Source: an uncultured Fibrobacter sp. (GTDB lineage Bacteria; Fibrobacterota; Fibrobacteria; Fibrobacterales; Fibrobacteraceae). From it: a DNA stretch of 64,000 bases. Positions 39,833 to 50,846 of this stretch are shown piece after piece. A model generated the notes under the pieces. That model was given only the letters and a program-made list of their open reading frames with translations, made no database searches and was not told the origin of the DNA. Location of the stretch: positions 13,289 to 77,288 of the forward strand of contig CAMJHM010000001.1 in NCBI GenBank assembly GCA_946405515.1, written 5' to 3'. Position 1 is the first letter of the stretch, and each line of letters begins with the position of its first letter. A program made the translations under genes and the position numbers.

Positions 39833-40093
39833 ATGGAAGACCTCAACACGAGAATCAAGAACATCCTCATCAATGCACTTGAACTTGAAGACATCACGCC
39901 GGCGGACATCGACGACGATGCTCCTCTCTTCGGTGAAGGCGAAGGTCTCGGCCTAGACTCCATCGATGCCTTGGAACTCGGCCTTGCCATCAAGGAAAAC
40001 TTCGGTGTCACTTTCACGGCTGTAAACGAAGAAACCCGCAAGCATTTTGCCTCGATAAACGCACTTGCCGCATTTATTTCGGCCAACAAATAG
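39833..40093 (+). CDS. Acyl carrier protein (ApeE-like)
   Basis: GLGLDSIDALEL. Confidence 0.9.
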   Translation: MEDLNTRIKNILINALELEDITPADIDDDAPLFGEGEGLGLDSIDALELGLAIKENFGVTFTAVNEETRKHFASINALAAFISANK

Positions 40094-40102
40094 GATACAC
40101 AC

Positions 40103-40363
40103 ATGGAAAAATCCGAAATTCTCAAGAAACTCCAAGACGCCCTTATCAGTGAATTCGGCATGGATAGCTCCAAGGTCGTTCCGGAAGCTCGACTTTACGA
40201 AGACCTCGACCTCGACTCCATCGATGCCGTCGACCTCATCGTCAAACTCAAGTCCATGCTCCCGCGCAACATCAACCCGGAAGTGTTCAAGTCCGTACGC
40301 ACGTTGCAAGACGTCGTCGACGCCATCTACAACCTCATCCAGGAATCGGGCGAGAAGAAATGA
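40103..40363 (+). CDS. Acyl carrier protein (ApeF-like)
   Basis: DLDLDSIDAVDL. Confidence 0.9.
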   Translation: MEKSEILKKLQDALISEFGMDSSKVVPEARLYEDLDLDSIDAVDLIVKLKSMLPRNINPEVFKSVRTLQDVVDAIYNLIQESGEKK

Positions 40364-42669
40364 GAACCGCGGCGGGAAAGATTTCCTTTGCCGCCCTTTC
40401 GGTTCTTTACCCAGGGCTCATTTTTTGCGGTCTCTGTTTTTGGGGGCTGCGCCCGAGAGTCCTGAGCATCGCCCTGTTAGCAATAGCATTTTTTAACCTC
40501 GTCGCCCTGTTAAAGACAGCCGGACGGGGTAGAAAGCAGGCCCTGAAAAGCAGCCTGCTTTTTTTCTTTGCTCTCGCCTGCGGCCTTTTCGCATTCGCCA
40601 CAGACAATATCCTGTCCCTGAAATTCTACCCGGTAACCGTCAGCGTGGGGCTACTCGCCGTTTTCGGTTCCACGTTGGCCTTTGGCCCCAGCCTCGTATT
40701 CAGGCTGGCATGCCTTGGCGACAAGACCCTGAAAAACTCTGCACAGCGCCAATTCGTGGAGCCTTATTGCACCAAAGTGACTATCGTCTGGTGCGCCTTC
40801 TTCGTCTTTAACGGCAGTATCGCGGCATACACCTGTTTCGCCGGCTCCGACAAGCTATGGGCCCTGTACAACGGGCTAATTTCCTACATTCTCATGGGAA
40901 TTCTCTTCGCAAGTGAATTTATTATTCGAAAAATAGTGCAGAAAAAAATGATCCAATACAAATACATATCCACCTTCTCGCGCGACTCGAGAGCCGCCGA
41001 TTCCATTTTCGCCTTTGACGGCAATGGAGACCGCAACATAAAAACATGGGCCGACTTCACCGCCGACGTGTCCAAGGTCCGCCAAGAAATCGAAGCCGGG
41101 CCGCAAAAGGCATGGCTCCTGAATTTCGAAGACAGCTACTACTTCATGGTCGCCCTGGTCGCCGTGATGCAGGGCGGCAAGGCCGCAAAAATTTCTGCCA
41201 ACCGCTCGCAAGAATTCATCAAGGAAATCTGCACGGAAGGGGTCTCGTTCCTGACCGACATTCCCGCCGACGGTGCCACACTGATTCAAGACGTTATCGA
41301 AAAGCACGAAGATGACGGGAAGTGGGTCATGTTCGACCCGAAATCGTCCGACGTGGACATGTACACCTCGGGAACCACAGGCAAGCCCAAAATATCCCCC
41401 AAGAAATTCATCCAGTTAGAAGACGAAGTCAACGAATTTGCGACCCAGTTCCTCGAAAAATACGATCACGCCTTTGTCGTGAGAACGGTGAACCACCACC
41501 ACATTTTCGGCCTCACCTTCTCGCTCTTGCTCGCGCTGATGAGCGGAGCCCCGTTCCGCAGGAACACGGTCGAGTTCCCCGAAGAGTTAAAAGCGCTCAA
41601 AGCCCACCGGCTCGTGATTGTCGCAAGCCCGGCGTTCCTCAAGAGGCTTGCCGGCGGGAAAAACGAGCCTGTCGATTTTGCCGAAACGCCGTTTATCTTG
41701 TCGGCAGGTGGCCTGCTCCCCGAAGACGCTGCCGCCGAAACAGAAAAGATTCTCAAATACTGGCCCACCGAAATCTACGGAAGCACCGAAACGGGTTGCA
41801 TGGCTCACAGGCAGAGCAAAAACGGGCCTCTCTACAAGCCATTCCCGCATAACATCATCACGCTGACCCAAGACGGTTGCCTCCACGTGGAATCCCCCTA
41901 CATCTACGACGAGGGCGGTTTCTCGACAGCGGACCTCGTCAAGCTCGAAGAAGACGGCCGCTTCACGCTGCTCGGTCGCATCGATTCCATTGTCAAAATT
42001 GAAGAAAAGCGCATTTCCCTCCCCGAAGTCGAAATGCGACTCCGCCAGACAGGCCTGGTGCAAGATGTCCGCGTCATCGCCATGGCCGGCAAACGCCAAT
42101 ACCTCGCGGCAGCAATCGCCCTCAATTGCGACGGCAAGGAAAAATTCAAGGATGCAGCAAAGCTCGAAATGAACAAGTTCTTCAGGAACTTCCTTTCGCA
42201 GTATCTCGAATCGACCGTCATTCCCAAACGCTGGCGGTTCCCCGAAAGGCTCCCGCAGGATGCCATGGGCAAAATCAAGACGGCAGACATCAAGGCCCTT
42301 TTCGAGGATTCCCAAGAAGACCCGAACTACAAAATCCATAACGCGGATGTCCAGGGAAACGCGGCAACGATCGAAATCGAGATTCCCGAAACAAGCGACT
42401 TCTACAACGGACACTTCGACACATTCAAGTTGCTCCCCGCCGTAGTCCAAGTGAATTTCGTCATGAAACTCGCACACAAGTATCTCGGCACATCCCTCTC
42501 GATGCAGAAAATCCAGCGTACAAAGTTCACAAGCCCGATTTTGCCGGACACGCGAATCCTGCTGGATCTCAACTACGACAAAGACACCGGACGTATCACT
42601 TTTTGCTTCAGGAATGCGGAAGGCAAGAAATACTCCAGTGGAGCAATCAAGATCGGAACGGAAGTATAA
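40360..42669 (+). CDS. Fusion of membrane protein, AMP-binding acyl-CoA ligase and dehydratase (ApeG-H-I-like)
   Basis: N-terminal TM region (LYNGLISY), YTSGTTGKPK, YGSTETG, GRIDSIVKIEEKR, C-terminal FYNGHF..LPAVVQ hotdog fold. Confidence 0.85.
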   Translation: MRTAAGKISFAALSVLYPGLIFCGLCFWGLRPRVLSIALLAIAFFNLVALLKTAGRGRKQALKSSLLFFFALACGLFAFATDNILSLKFYPVTVSVGLLAVFGSTLAFGPSLVFRLACLGDKTLKNSAQRQFVEPYCTKVTIVWCAFFVFNGSIAAYTCFAGSDKLWALYNGLISYILMGILFASEFIIRKIVQKKMIQYKYISTFSRDSRAADSIFAFDGNGDRNIKTWADFTADVSKVRQEIEAGPQKAWLLNFEDSYYFMVALVAVMQGGKAAKISANRSQEFIKEICTEGVSFLTDIPADGATLIQDVIEKHEDDGKWVMFDPKSSDVDMYTSGTTGKPKISPKKFIQLEDEVNEFATQFLEKYDHAFVVRTVNHHHIFGLTFSLLLALMSGAPFRRNTVEFPEELKALKAHRLVIVASPAFLKRLAGGKNEPVDFAETPFILSAGGLLPEDAAAETEKILKYWPTEIYGSTETGCMAHRQSKNGPLYKPFPHNIITLTQDGCLHVESPYIYDEGGFSTADLVKLEEDGRFTLLGRIDSIVKIEEKRISLPEVEMRLRQTGLVQDVRVIAMAGKRQYLAAAIALNCDGKEKFKDAAKLEMNKFFRNFLSQYLESTVIPKRWRFPERLPQDAMGKIKTADIKALFEDSQEDPNYKIHNADVQGNAATIEIEIPETSDFYNGHFDTFKLLPAVVQVNFVMKLAHKYLGTSLSMQKIQRTKFTSPILPDTRILLDLNYDKDTGRITFCFRNAEGKKYSSGAIKIGTEV

Positions 42670-42672
42670 ATT

Positions 42673-43419
42673 ATGGAAAATACAGCTTATTGCGCAATCA
42701 TCCCCGTATACAGGCACGAAGGCACCGTTGAGGCGGTAGCCAAGGAAATTATCAAAAAAGGGCTTCATGTGTTCATTGTCGACGACGGGAACACTCCCGA
42801 AGCCAAGAAGGTTCTCGAAGACATTGCCCAGAGGATTCCAGAAATCACACTCATCTCCTACGCTAAAAACTGCGGGAAAGGGTATGCCGTGTCAAAGGGA
42901 ATCGAAGCCGCATCCGAGGCCGGTTTCTCTTACGCCATACAAGTCGACGCCGACGGGCAACACGACCTGGGCGCATTGGAATTTTTCGTCAAGGCCTCCA
43001 AGAAGCACCCCGGAAATCTCATCGCCGGTTTTCCCCAGTACGATGAATCCGTGCCCAAGAGCCGCGAAAACGGCCGCAAGATTACGAACTTCTGGATTGC
43101 CATCGAGACGCTCTCGTTCGACATTCCCGACGCCATGTGCGGATTCCGCATTTATCCGATTGAACCGACTCTCCCTGTTATCCGCAAACTTTCCGACTTC
43201 CGCATGGGTTTCGATATCGAAATTCTCGTAAGGCTCAAGTGGAGAAACGTGAAGATGAATTTCTACCCCATCCAGGTCCGGTACCCGGAAAATGGTATTT
43301 CCAACTTCAGGATGGTTCGGGACAACATTTCCATTTCATGGCTGCACACCAAGCTTTTCTTCGGCATGGTATTCCGCCTCCCCATCCTGCTTTTGAGGAA
43401 AATCAAGAAAAATGGATAA
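42673..43419 (+). CDS. GT2 glycosyltransferase (ApeJ N-terminal half)
   Basis: IIPVY, VDDG, GKG, DADGQHD, CGFRIYP. Confidence 0.88.
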   Translation: MENTAYCAIIPVYRHEGTVEAVAKEIIKKGLHVFIVDDGNTPEAKKVLEDIAQRIPEITLISYAKNCGKGYAVSKGIEAASEAGFSYAIQVDADGQHDLGALEFFVKASKKHPGNLIAGFPQYDESVPKSRENGRKITNFWIAIETLSFDIPDAMCGFRIYPIEPTLPVIRKLSDFRMGFDIEILVRLKWRNVKMNFYPIQVRYPENGISNFRMVRDNISISWLHTKLFFGMVFRLPILLLRKIKKNG

Positions 43420-44386
43420 CTCTCAGGAACACTGGTCCGAGCACAAGGAAGTATCGTCGGGAACGTCCTGGACGTTCACCTTCATGTTCCTCATGGCAAA
43501 GTACCTGCCGCGTCCCCTGATTGTAGCGATATCCGCCATAATATGCTTTTTCTTTTTCCTCGGCGCAAAACCCATCCGGAAAAACTCGAGAACCTACCTC
43601 GAAAAGGTGGCAAAAGCGACCGGGCGAAAAAGCCCGACAACACTTGACTGCTACAAGCACGTTCTCTGTTTCGCACTCCAGATGCTCGAAAAGATGCTCA
43701 GCTGGATGGGACGCCTGAACGTGTCGGACTTGGAACCTAGCCCCGAACTAAAAGAATTCCAGAAATTCCTCACAACAGGGCATGGTGCCATCTTATTGAG
43801 TTCTCACCTCGGCAACTTGGACATGTTCCGGTCCCTGGGCGATATCGACGGGAATGCCAAAATCAAGGATTTGCGTATCTGCCCCATCGTCGACATCGAA
43901 AGTACTTCCAAGTATAACGATCTCCTACGCAAACTGAACCCGGAATTGATGGATAACCTCATCAACGCAAGCGACATCGGCGTCGATTCGGCAATCATGA
44001 TCAAGGACAAGATAGACAAGGGCTATCTCATTGTCATCGCCGGCGACAGGACCTCCGCCACAAACCGCGGACGGACTCTCCGTGCCAAGTTTTTCGGAGA
44101 ATGGGCCGAATTTCCAGAGGGAACCTTCATACTCGCAAGCATCCTCGGCGCACCCGTCTACTTCGGTGCCGGTATCCGTTGCAAGAATTTCAGCCTGAAC
44201 TCCAAATACGAATTCAAGATCCGCAAGGCATCGACCCAATTTTCGGGCAGCCGCAAAGAACGGAAACAACAAATCCAGCCGCTGATAGAAGAATACATCG
44301 CATTTGTCGAAGAATGCTGCTGCGAGCATCCCTACCAGTGGTACAACTTTTTTGATTTTTGGGAAAAAAAGGAACAACAGCCATGA
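43412..44386 (+). CDS. LpxL-like acyltransferase (ApeJ C-terminal half)
   Basis: SHLGNLD, AGDR, PYQWYNFFDFW. Confidence 0.85.
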   Translation: MDNSQEHWSEHKEVSSGTSWTFTFMFLMAKYLPRPLIVAISAIICFFFFLGAKPIRKNSRTYLEKVAKATGRKSPTTLDCYKHVLCFALQMLEKMLSWMGRLNVSDLEPSPELKEFQKFLTTGHGAILLSSHLGNLDMFRSLGDIDGNAKIKDLRICPIVDIESTSKYNDLLRKLNPELMDNLINASDIGVDSAIMIKDKIDKGYLIVIAGDRTSATNRGRTLRAKFFGEWAEFPEGTFILASILGAPVYFGAGIRCKNFSLNSKYEFKIRKASTQFSGSRKERKQQIQPLIEEYIAFVEECCCEHPYQWYNFFDFWEKKEQQP

Positions 44387-44826
44387 GCGAACCCATCATT
44401 GAAAATTCCATCGACATCGAAGTCGCCTTTTACGAAGTCGACCCGATGCAAATCATGTGGCACGGCAACTACATCAACTTCATGGAAAGGGCCCGCTGCG
44501 CTCTCCTCGATAAAATCGGTTACACCTACATAGACATGGAAAAAGACGGGTTTGGTTGGCCCGTAGTCGATGTTCATGTCAAGTACATGAGGCCGCTCCA
44601 GTTCCGCCAAAAAGTCCGCGTTACGGCGAAAATCACCGAATACGAATTCGGGCTCCGTCTTTCCTATACCTTCGTCGACATCGAGACCGGCAAGGTGACC
44701 ACCAAGGCGGAATCGACTCAAATGGCCGTCGACATGAGGACTCGCGAAACAAGCCTTGTCTCCCCCAGACAACTCGTTGAAAAAATTGAAGCCTACCGGC
44801 AGAAACTCGCTAACGCGAACGGATAG
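44383..44826 (+). CDS. Acyl-CoA thioesterase (ApeK-like)
   Basis: FYEVDPMQIMWHGNY. Start ATG 44383 overlaps the upstream stop. Confidence 0.88.
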   Translation: MSEPIIENSIDIEVAFYEVDPMQIMWHGNYINFMERARCALLDKIGYTYIDMEKDGFGWPVVDVHVKYMRPLQFRQKVRVTAKITEYEFGLRLSYTFVDIETGKVTTKAESTQMAVDMRTRETSLVSPRQLVEKIEAYRQKLANANG

Positions 44827-44832
44827 TTCACC

Positions 44833-45495
44833 ATGCTAAGCCCGATGAAATTTGCCACCATTCTGTTCTGCGCCTGCGCGCTACTTGCCACAAACGGATT
44901 CTCCGCCGAAGGAGAAATCTGGAAGCACCCCGTCAAGGATAGCGAATCCACGGCCATCGACAGCACCTTTGCTCCCATGACCGCACACAAAGTCGTGCGC
45001 GGAGATTTCAAGCAGACCAAGTTCATCGCGCAACTCAACCGGGAATTTGTATCGGTCGGGAAATTCACCATCGCAAACGGGAACGGCCTCCTCTGGGATA
45101 CCGAAAAGCCCTTTGCAAGCCAGCTCGCCATTACCGAATCCGGGATGGTACAACAGAACGCGAATGGCACACGCAGCGAAGTCAGCGCCAAGGATAACGT
45201 AGTCTTCGCACAAATTGCCAAGACAATCCAGTCCGTTTTTTCGGGCAGCACAGCCAAGTTGCAGGCCGGATTCCACGTGTTTTTCGACAGACACGGAAAA
45301 ACCTGGACAGTGGGCCTTGTCCCGAGGGAATCCTCCGTGAAAAAGGCAATCCAGTCCATCGAACTGAGCGGGAGCGCCTGGCTAGAACGCATAAAATTGG
45401 TAGACGGGAGCGGGAGCCCCCTCCTATACGAACTTTCAAACCCCAAGCCCAGTAGCGAACTTACCGTCAAAGAAAAGGCACTCCTTGAAAAATAA
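44833..45495 (+). CDS. LolA-like outer-membrane lipoprotein carrier (ApeL-like)
   Basis: GDFKQTK...SVGKF...GLLWDTEKPF. Confidence 0.8.
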   Translation: MLSPMKFATILFCACALLATNGFSAEGEIWKHPVKDSESTAIDSTFAPMTAHKVVRGDFKQTKFIAQLNREFVSVGKFTIANGNGLLWDTEKPFASQLAITESGMVQQNANGTRSEVSAKDNVVFAQIAKTIQSVFSGSTAKLQAGFHVFFDRHGKTWTVGLVPRESSVKKAIQSIELSGSAWLERIKLVDGSGSPLLYELSNPKPSSELTVKEKALLEK

Positions 45496-47821
45496 GTCAA
45501 AATTCATAGGTATCGCCATCTGGAGCATGGTGCATGTCACCATGCTCGTGCTTGCATTGTGCGCGCGCCCCTGGAACATCGACACATCGCTTTACTCTAT
45601 CCTTCCTACGGCAAATTCGCTCAAAGAAGTCGGCGATGCCGAAAAGAAGATGGGCGAACAGACCATGAACCAGCTGAACATTCTCGTGGGCCACGAGGAT
45701 TTCCAGACCGCATGCGATGCAGCGGACTGGTTCGACTCCACTTTGAAAGGCGACCCCCGGCTGGAATCCATCCGTTACAAGGTATCCGACGGAGCCCTCG
45801 AAGGAACTGCCGAGTACACCTACCATCACCGTTTCTCGTTGCTCGGGGATACCTACATACAGGCGCTCGCCAGCACGGCGGGAGCACAATTCGCACGCGA
45901 CGAAGCGCTCCAACGCATTTACGGCGCATTCAGCCTAAGCGACCTTTCCCACCTCGAAGAAGATCCTTACCTGCTCGGAGCGCAAGCCTTTGAGCGATTC
46001 ACTATGCACTCCCCCCTGCTTTCGAACAAGCTCTCCCTCAAAGAAGGGCGCCTCGTCGCAAGCGACTCTACCAAGACATACATTTTCTGGAGTGCAAAAA
46101 TCCGGCCCGGTGAAAAGGGAATTGCAGGCGAAGGACATGTGCTGGAACAGGTCAACGCAGCAATCGACACCCTCCGTGAACGTTATCCGGGTATTTCTGT
46201 CGCCAAGTCGGGAGTCCCGTTCCACAGTTACGAAAGTTCCAAGAACGCTCAAAAAGAAATCACCTGGATTTCGACCATCTCTATCATTCTCGCGCTAGCT
46301 CTCCTCATCGCTATTTTCAGGACATTCATCCCCATCGCGAGCACGCTGTTCTCCATCCTCATGGCCGTCGTATCGGCCCTCGCCATCACATGGAGCGCAT
46401 TCGGGGAAATTCACATGTTCACGCTGGTATTCGGTACGAGCATCATTGGCATCAGCATCGACTACGCCATCCACTTTTTCACCGATTGGAAATTCGCCAA
46501 CGAAAATCACGATGGCCGCGAAGTCCGCAAGCGCATTTTTAAGGGGCTTATCCTCGGGTTCACAACAACCGAACTGGGCTATATCGCACTTTCTGTGGCG
46601 CCATTCCCGCTCTTAAGGCAAATGGCCCTATTCTCTGCCACAGGGCTTGCAAGCGCACTTTGCACAACGTTGTTCCTCTTCCAAGCATTCCCCAAAGCAA
46701 AGGTAGCCCATGCCGGGCAAGCAACCCGCATCGCCACATCGCTTTCGCACATGTACGACTGGTACTACCGCCTGCGCTGGCCGCTGAAAATCGCGCTACC
46801 GGCACTGCTCTGCGCGCTCGCCATTCCAGGGCTCATCCGCCTGAACATCCAGACCGACTTGCACAACCTCTACACCGTATCCGATTCTCTCAAAGAATCA
46901 GAGTTCCTCGCAAACAAGGTCATTGATTTTGGCATGAGCGGCAGCTACTACATCGTCAAAGGGGCGTCGGCCGAAGATGTTTTGCAAAAAGAAGAAGTGT
47001 TTGTACGCAAGATGGAACAAGGGAAAAAGGATTCCGTCTTCCGCAACTACCTCGCCATGAGTTACTTTGTCCCATCGCAAAAACGGCAGCAAGAAGATTT
47101 TGCGGTCATCAAACAATCGCTGCAAGGTGACGCCGCAGATTTCCTAAAATCACAGCAACTCGGCAGTGACTCCCTGTTCCAAAAGAGCCTCAAGAACTTC
47201 AGCCCCATCACCCCCGAAGATTCGTTCCCCAGCGATTGGCAAAGTGCATTACAAACGCTCTGGCTCGGGAAAATCGACAGTGCCTACTACAGCGCCGTCT
47301 TCCCGCTCCACGTGAAAGACGCAGCCGCACTGCCTAGGCTTGCCGATGGCTGCGACGGTGTCTACTTCGTGAACAAAGTACCAGAAATCAGCAAGTCCCT
47401 CACAGACATATCGCACATCCTGATTATTCTCGTCGCCATCACGAACCTGTTCATGTTCATCATCTTCATTCCCGTGTACAACCTGAAGACCGCATTCAAG
47501 ATTATCCGCATTCCCGTGTGCGCAGGCATCGCGGTCGCAAGTATTTTTGGTCTGGCCGGAATCGACTTCAACTTCTTCGCCATCGCGGGCGTCATTCTCA
47601 CCCTAGGGGTCGGGATCGACTACTCGCTCTTCTTCCGCGAAGGGAGCAACCACGTCGGCACGACGGCTCTCGCCATTGCCCTTTCGGCAGCCACGACGGT
47701 ACTTTCGTTCGGAACGCTCTCCTTTAGCGAGTTCCAGCCCGTGCATGTTTTCGGATTATCGATATTTATTGGCACACTGACCTGCTTCCTCCTTTCTCCA
47801 CTTACCCAAGAACGGAACTGA
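45485..47821 (+). CDS. MMPL/RND family exporter (ApeM-like)
   Basis: Two multi-TM halves with GISIDY and GVGIDY. Confidence 0.85.
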   Translation: MKNKSKFIGIAIWSMVHVTMLVLALCARPWNIDTSLYSILPTANSLKEVGDAEKKMGEQTMNQLNILVGHEDFQTACDAADWFDSTLKGDPRLESIRYKVSDGALEGTAEYTYHHRFSLLGDTYIQALASTAGAQFARDEALQRIYGAFSLSDLSHLEEDPYLLGAQAFERFTMHSPLLSNKLSLKEGRLVASDSTKTYIFWSAKIRPGEKGIAGEGHVLEQVNAAIDTLRERYPGISVAKSGVPFHSYESSKNAQKEITWISTISIILALALLIAIFRTFIPIASTLFSILMAVVSALAITWSAFGEIHMFTLVFGTSIIGISIDYAIHFFTDWKFANENHDGREVRKRIFKGLILGFTTTELGYIALSVAPFPLLRQMALFSATGLASALCTTLFLFQAFPKAKVAHAGQATRIATSLSHMYDWYYRLRWPLKIALPALLCALAIPGLIRLNIQTDLHNLYTVSDSLKESEFLANKVIDFGMSGSYYIVKGASAEDVLQKEEVFVRKMEQGKKDSVFRNYLAMSYFVPSQKRQQEDFAVIKQSLQGDAADFLKSQQLGSDSLFQKSLKNFSPITPEDSFPSDWQSALQTLWLGKIDSAYYSAVFPLHVKDAAALPRLADGCDGVYFVNKVPEISKSLTDISHILIILVAITNLFMFIIFIPVYNLKTAFKIIRIPVCAGIAVASIFGLAGIDFNFFAIAGVILTLGVGIDYSLFFREGSNHVGTTALAIALSAATTVLSFGTLSFSEFQPVHVFGLSIFIGTLTCFLLSPLTQERN

Positions 47822-47848
47822 CCCCCCAACTTTTCTATCTTTGACCCG

Positions 47849-48454
47849 ATGAATTCTAACGGCAATCATCATAGCGCATTTGGTTTGGCTCAAGTCCTCA
47901 TCGCGATGGCTGGTATGCTCCTGTGCTGTTGCCACAGCAACCAAAATAAACTATCCGTGGAACCGGTTTACTACACCGACGATAGTTTTGTTCACCTGCT
48001 CGATATTTCTGGCAGTGGGTTCTCGATGGATGCTCCCCAGCATATCGACGGGCGTTATGGTGAAAAAGAATTCTCGATGGACGCCTGGATGCGCATGAAC
48101 GATTCGCTCTTAAGCGTCGTCTTGTTCAGTTCCTTCGGCAATACGTTGGCCGAAATCACCTGTTCACGGGATTCCATCCGCTTCAACAGCACCCTGATGG
48201 ACATGGGAAAAATCAAAGCGGAATATATCATCGCCGACATCCAGCTCTGCTATTTCGACATGGCCGTTCTCAAACCGCATTTTGAATCGTACGGATTCAC
48301 GCTGACCGAGACAACCGAAGGGGACACAACCGTCCGCAAGCTTTCCAAAGGGAGTACGGACATCCTCACTATCCGAAAAAACGGGAATACCATTGAACTG
48401 GCAAATTCCCTACGCAACTACAGCTACACAGTGACCGGAGGGCAGGCACAGTGA
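47849..48454 (+). CDS. DUF3261-like lipoprotein (ApeN-like)
   Basis: Lipobox-like Cys, YIIADIQL motif, expected position in the cluster. Confidence 0.7.
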   Translation: MNSNGNHHSAFGLAQVLIAMAGMLLCCCHSNQNKLSVEPVYYTDDSFVHLLDISGSGFSMDAPQHIDGRYGEKEFSMDAWMRMNDSLLSVVLFSSFGNTLAEITCSRDSIRFNSTLMDMGKIKAEYIIADIQLCYFDMAVLKPHFESYGFTLTETTEGDTTVRKLSKGSTDILTIRKNGNTIELANSLRNYSYTVTGGQAQ

Positions 48455-49632
48455 ACCAGCCGCTCTACATACAAGATTTTAGTTTCCATTCTGTACTCGG
48501 CCACGATAAGGCCCAGGTTTTTGACAAACTTATTAACGGACAACGCGGGGATTTCACCACGCTAGAACACGGCGCAGAACGTTTCTGCGTTTCGAATATC
48601 GATACCACAGATTTCCCTGCACCAGAAAACCCCTACTATAACGAACGGATTAATCGCCTCGCCGAAATTTCGCTGCGCGACATAGCTCAAAGCGTGCAGG
48701 CGGCCATCGACAAATATGGCGCTGGGCGCATCGGCACCTTTATCGGGTCGTGCGACAACGGTTCCGAAATTTCCATCAATGCGCTACGTTACCATAAGCA
48801 GCACGGAGAATTCCCCACAGGGTACAAACTGGACAAGCAAAAGGCAGACTTCCCGCTGGAATACATCATGTCCAGATTCGGCATCCACGGCCCGTGCGCA
48901 CTACAGTCCACTGCATGCGGGTCAAGTGCCACCGCTATCGCGACCGCACGCCACCACATTTATGCAGGGGATTGCGACGCAGCCATCATCGGAGGCGTAG
49001 ACATCGCCTCGCTGGCGGTCGTCCTCGGGTTCAATTCACTCGCGGCCGTCTCCCCGACGCCTACCAACCCCTTCAGCAAGAACCGCACAGGCATCACTCT
49101 CGGCGACGGCTCTGCATTCTTCCTTGTCACAAGGGAACCCGGCAACGCAAAGTTCAAGATTACCGGCATCGGTGAAAGCGCCGACGCCGACCACATTACC
49201 GCCCCGAGAGCCGATGGCGAAGGCGCCCGCCGCGCCATGGAAAGCGCACTCAAAGACGCTTGCCTGGAACCAAGCGACATCGGCTATATCAACCTCCACG
49301 GCACGGGCACCCGCCTGAACGACTCCATGGAAGGCATCGCCGTACACAAAGTGTTCGGCGACAACGTCCCCTGCAGTTCCACCAAAGCGCTTACCGGGCA
49401 CACACTCGGTGCGGCCGGTGCCCTGGAACTCGCATTCTGCTGCATGGTACTTTCGGACTCCAACCCCGAAGGGCTTTTGCCTGTTCACCTTTACGACGGG
49501 GAATTCGATCCCGAAATTCCCGCAGTCCACCTCGTGCGCCAAGGCGACCGATGCAAAGGCATCCGTCGCATCCAAAGCAACTCCTTCGCCTTCGGCGGCT
49601 GCAATGTATCGCTTATCGTAGAAAAGGTCTAA
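48451..49632 (+). CDS. Beta-ketoacyl-ACP synthase (ApeO-like)
   Basis: STACGSS, NLHGTGT, GHTLGAAG, SNSFAFGG. Confidence 0.9.
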   Translation: MNQPLYIQDFSFHSVLGHDKAQVFDKLINGQRGDFTTLEHGAERFCVSNIDTTDFPAPENPYYNERINRLAEISLRDIAQSVQAAIDKYGAGRIGTFIGSCDNGSEISINALRYHKQHGEFPTGYKLDKQKADFPLEYIMSRFGIHGPCALQSTACGSSATAIATARHHIYAGDCDAAIIGGVDIASLAVVLGFNSLAAVSPTPTNPFSKNRTGITLGDGSAFFLVTREPGNAKFKITGIGESADADHITAPRADGEGARRAMESALKDACLEPSDIGYINLHGTGTRLNDSMEGIAVHKVFGDNVPCSSTKALTGHTLGAAGALELAFCCMVLSDSNPEGLLPVHLYDGEFDPEIPAVHLVRQGDRCKGIRRIQSNSFAFGGCNVSLIVEKV

Positions 49633-49633
49633 A

Positions 49634-50098
49634 ATGGAAGAATACAAGACAAAAGAAGCTATAATGCAAATCGTTCCCCACTCCGGGAAGATGTCCCTGC
49701 TCGACAGGGTCGTTGACTACAACTTCGAGAAGCTCGAAATCCACACCGAAGTGGACATCGTACCCGGTAGCATGTTCTTCGACAAGGACATCGACGGGAT
49801 CCCGGTCTGGATCGGTTTCGAATACATGGCACAGAGCATTTCCGCACTTTCTGGCATCTACGGCAAGACACAGGGCCAAGAGCCGAAAATCGGGTTTATC
49901 ATGAGCGTGAACAACTTTACCGCGAACAAGCCCCTTTTCCCGGCAAACTCCGTCGCAAAAATTTCTGTAAGGCAGACGATGCGCATGGACAACATCGTCA
50001 CCTTCGATGGAAACATTTCCATAGGCGACACTGTCTTCGCGACTGCCGTCCTCAACACGATTGAAATTGACGACCCCAAAGCGGTACTTGAAAATTAA
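49634..50098 (+). CDS. 3-hydroxyacyl-ACP dehydratase (ApeP-like)
   Basis: VPHSGKMSLLD, EYMAQ. Confidence 0.85.
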   Translation: MEEYKTKEAIMQIVPHSGKMSLLDRVVDYNFEKLEIHTEVDIVPGSMFFDKDIDGIPVWIGFEYMAQSISALSGIYGKTQGQEPKIGFIMSVNNFTANKPLFPANSVAKISVRQTMRMDNIVTFDGNISIGDTVFATAVLNTIEIDDPKAVLEN

Positions 50099-50117
50099 GG
50101 AACACAAAAGGAACAAA

Positions 50118-50846
50118 ATGGACAACAAGAAACAAGTTCTCATTACAGGAGCAAGCGGAGGCATTGGCAGCGCCATTGCTCTCGCCGTGGCCGAAGCCGG
50201 CTACACTGTGGTCGCGCACTACAACCGCGGCAAGGCGGCTGTTGACGCCCTCGTCGAAAAGGTTCAAGCCGCCGGAGGTAGCATCCGCACGTTGCAATTC
50301 GACATTTGCAACCGCGAACAGTGCAAAGAAGTTCTCGAAAAAGACATCGAAGAAAACGGCGTCTACTACGGCATCGTCTCTAACGCAGGCGTATGCTCCG
50401 ACATGACATTCGCCGGCATGAGCGATGAATCGTGGGACAAGGTGCTCGACACCAACCTGAACGGATTCTTCAATGTCGTGCATCCGCTCGTCATGCCCAT
50501 GTGCCGCAAACGCATCGGACGCATCATCACCATTTCGTCGGTTTCTGGCGTCATCGGTAACCGCGGTCAGGTGAACTACAGCGCATCCAAAGCAGGCATC
50601 ATCGGAGCCACAAAAGCACTCGCCACAGAACTTGCGAGCAGGAACATTACCGTCAACAGCGTCGCCCCCGGCGTCATCGAAACCGAGATGATCAAGGAAG
50701 CCCCGCTCGACATCATCTTACAGGCAGTGCCCATGAAGCGCGTCGGCAAGCCATCCGAAGTGGCAGCCACCGTGGTATTCCTCCTTTCGGAGGGAGCCGC
50801 CTACATCACACGTCAAGTCATTTCTGTCAATGGAGGTCTCGCATGA
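50118..50846 (+). CDS. fabG: 3-oxoacyl-ACP reductase (ApeQ/FabG-like)
   Basis: TGASGGIG, NAG, YSASK. Start ATG 50118. Confidence 0.9.
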   Translation: MDNKKQVLITGASGGIGSAIALAVAEAGYTVVAHYNRGKAAVDALVEKVQAAGGSIRTLQFDICNREQCKEVLEKDIEENGVYYGIVSNAGVCSDMTFAGMSDESWDKVLDTNLNGFFNVVHPLVMPMCRKRIGRIITISSVSGVIGNRGQVNYSASKAGIIGATKALATELASRNITVNSVAPGVIETEMIKEAPLDIILQAVPMKRVGKPSEVAATVVFLLSEGAAYITRQVISVNGGLA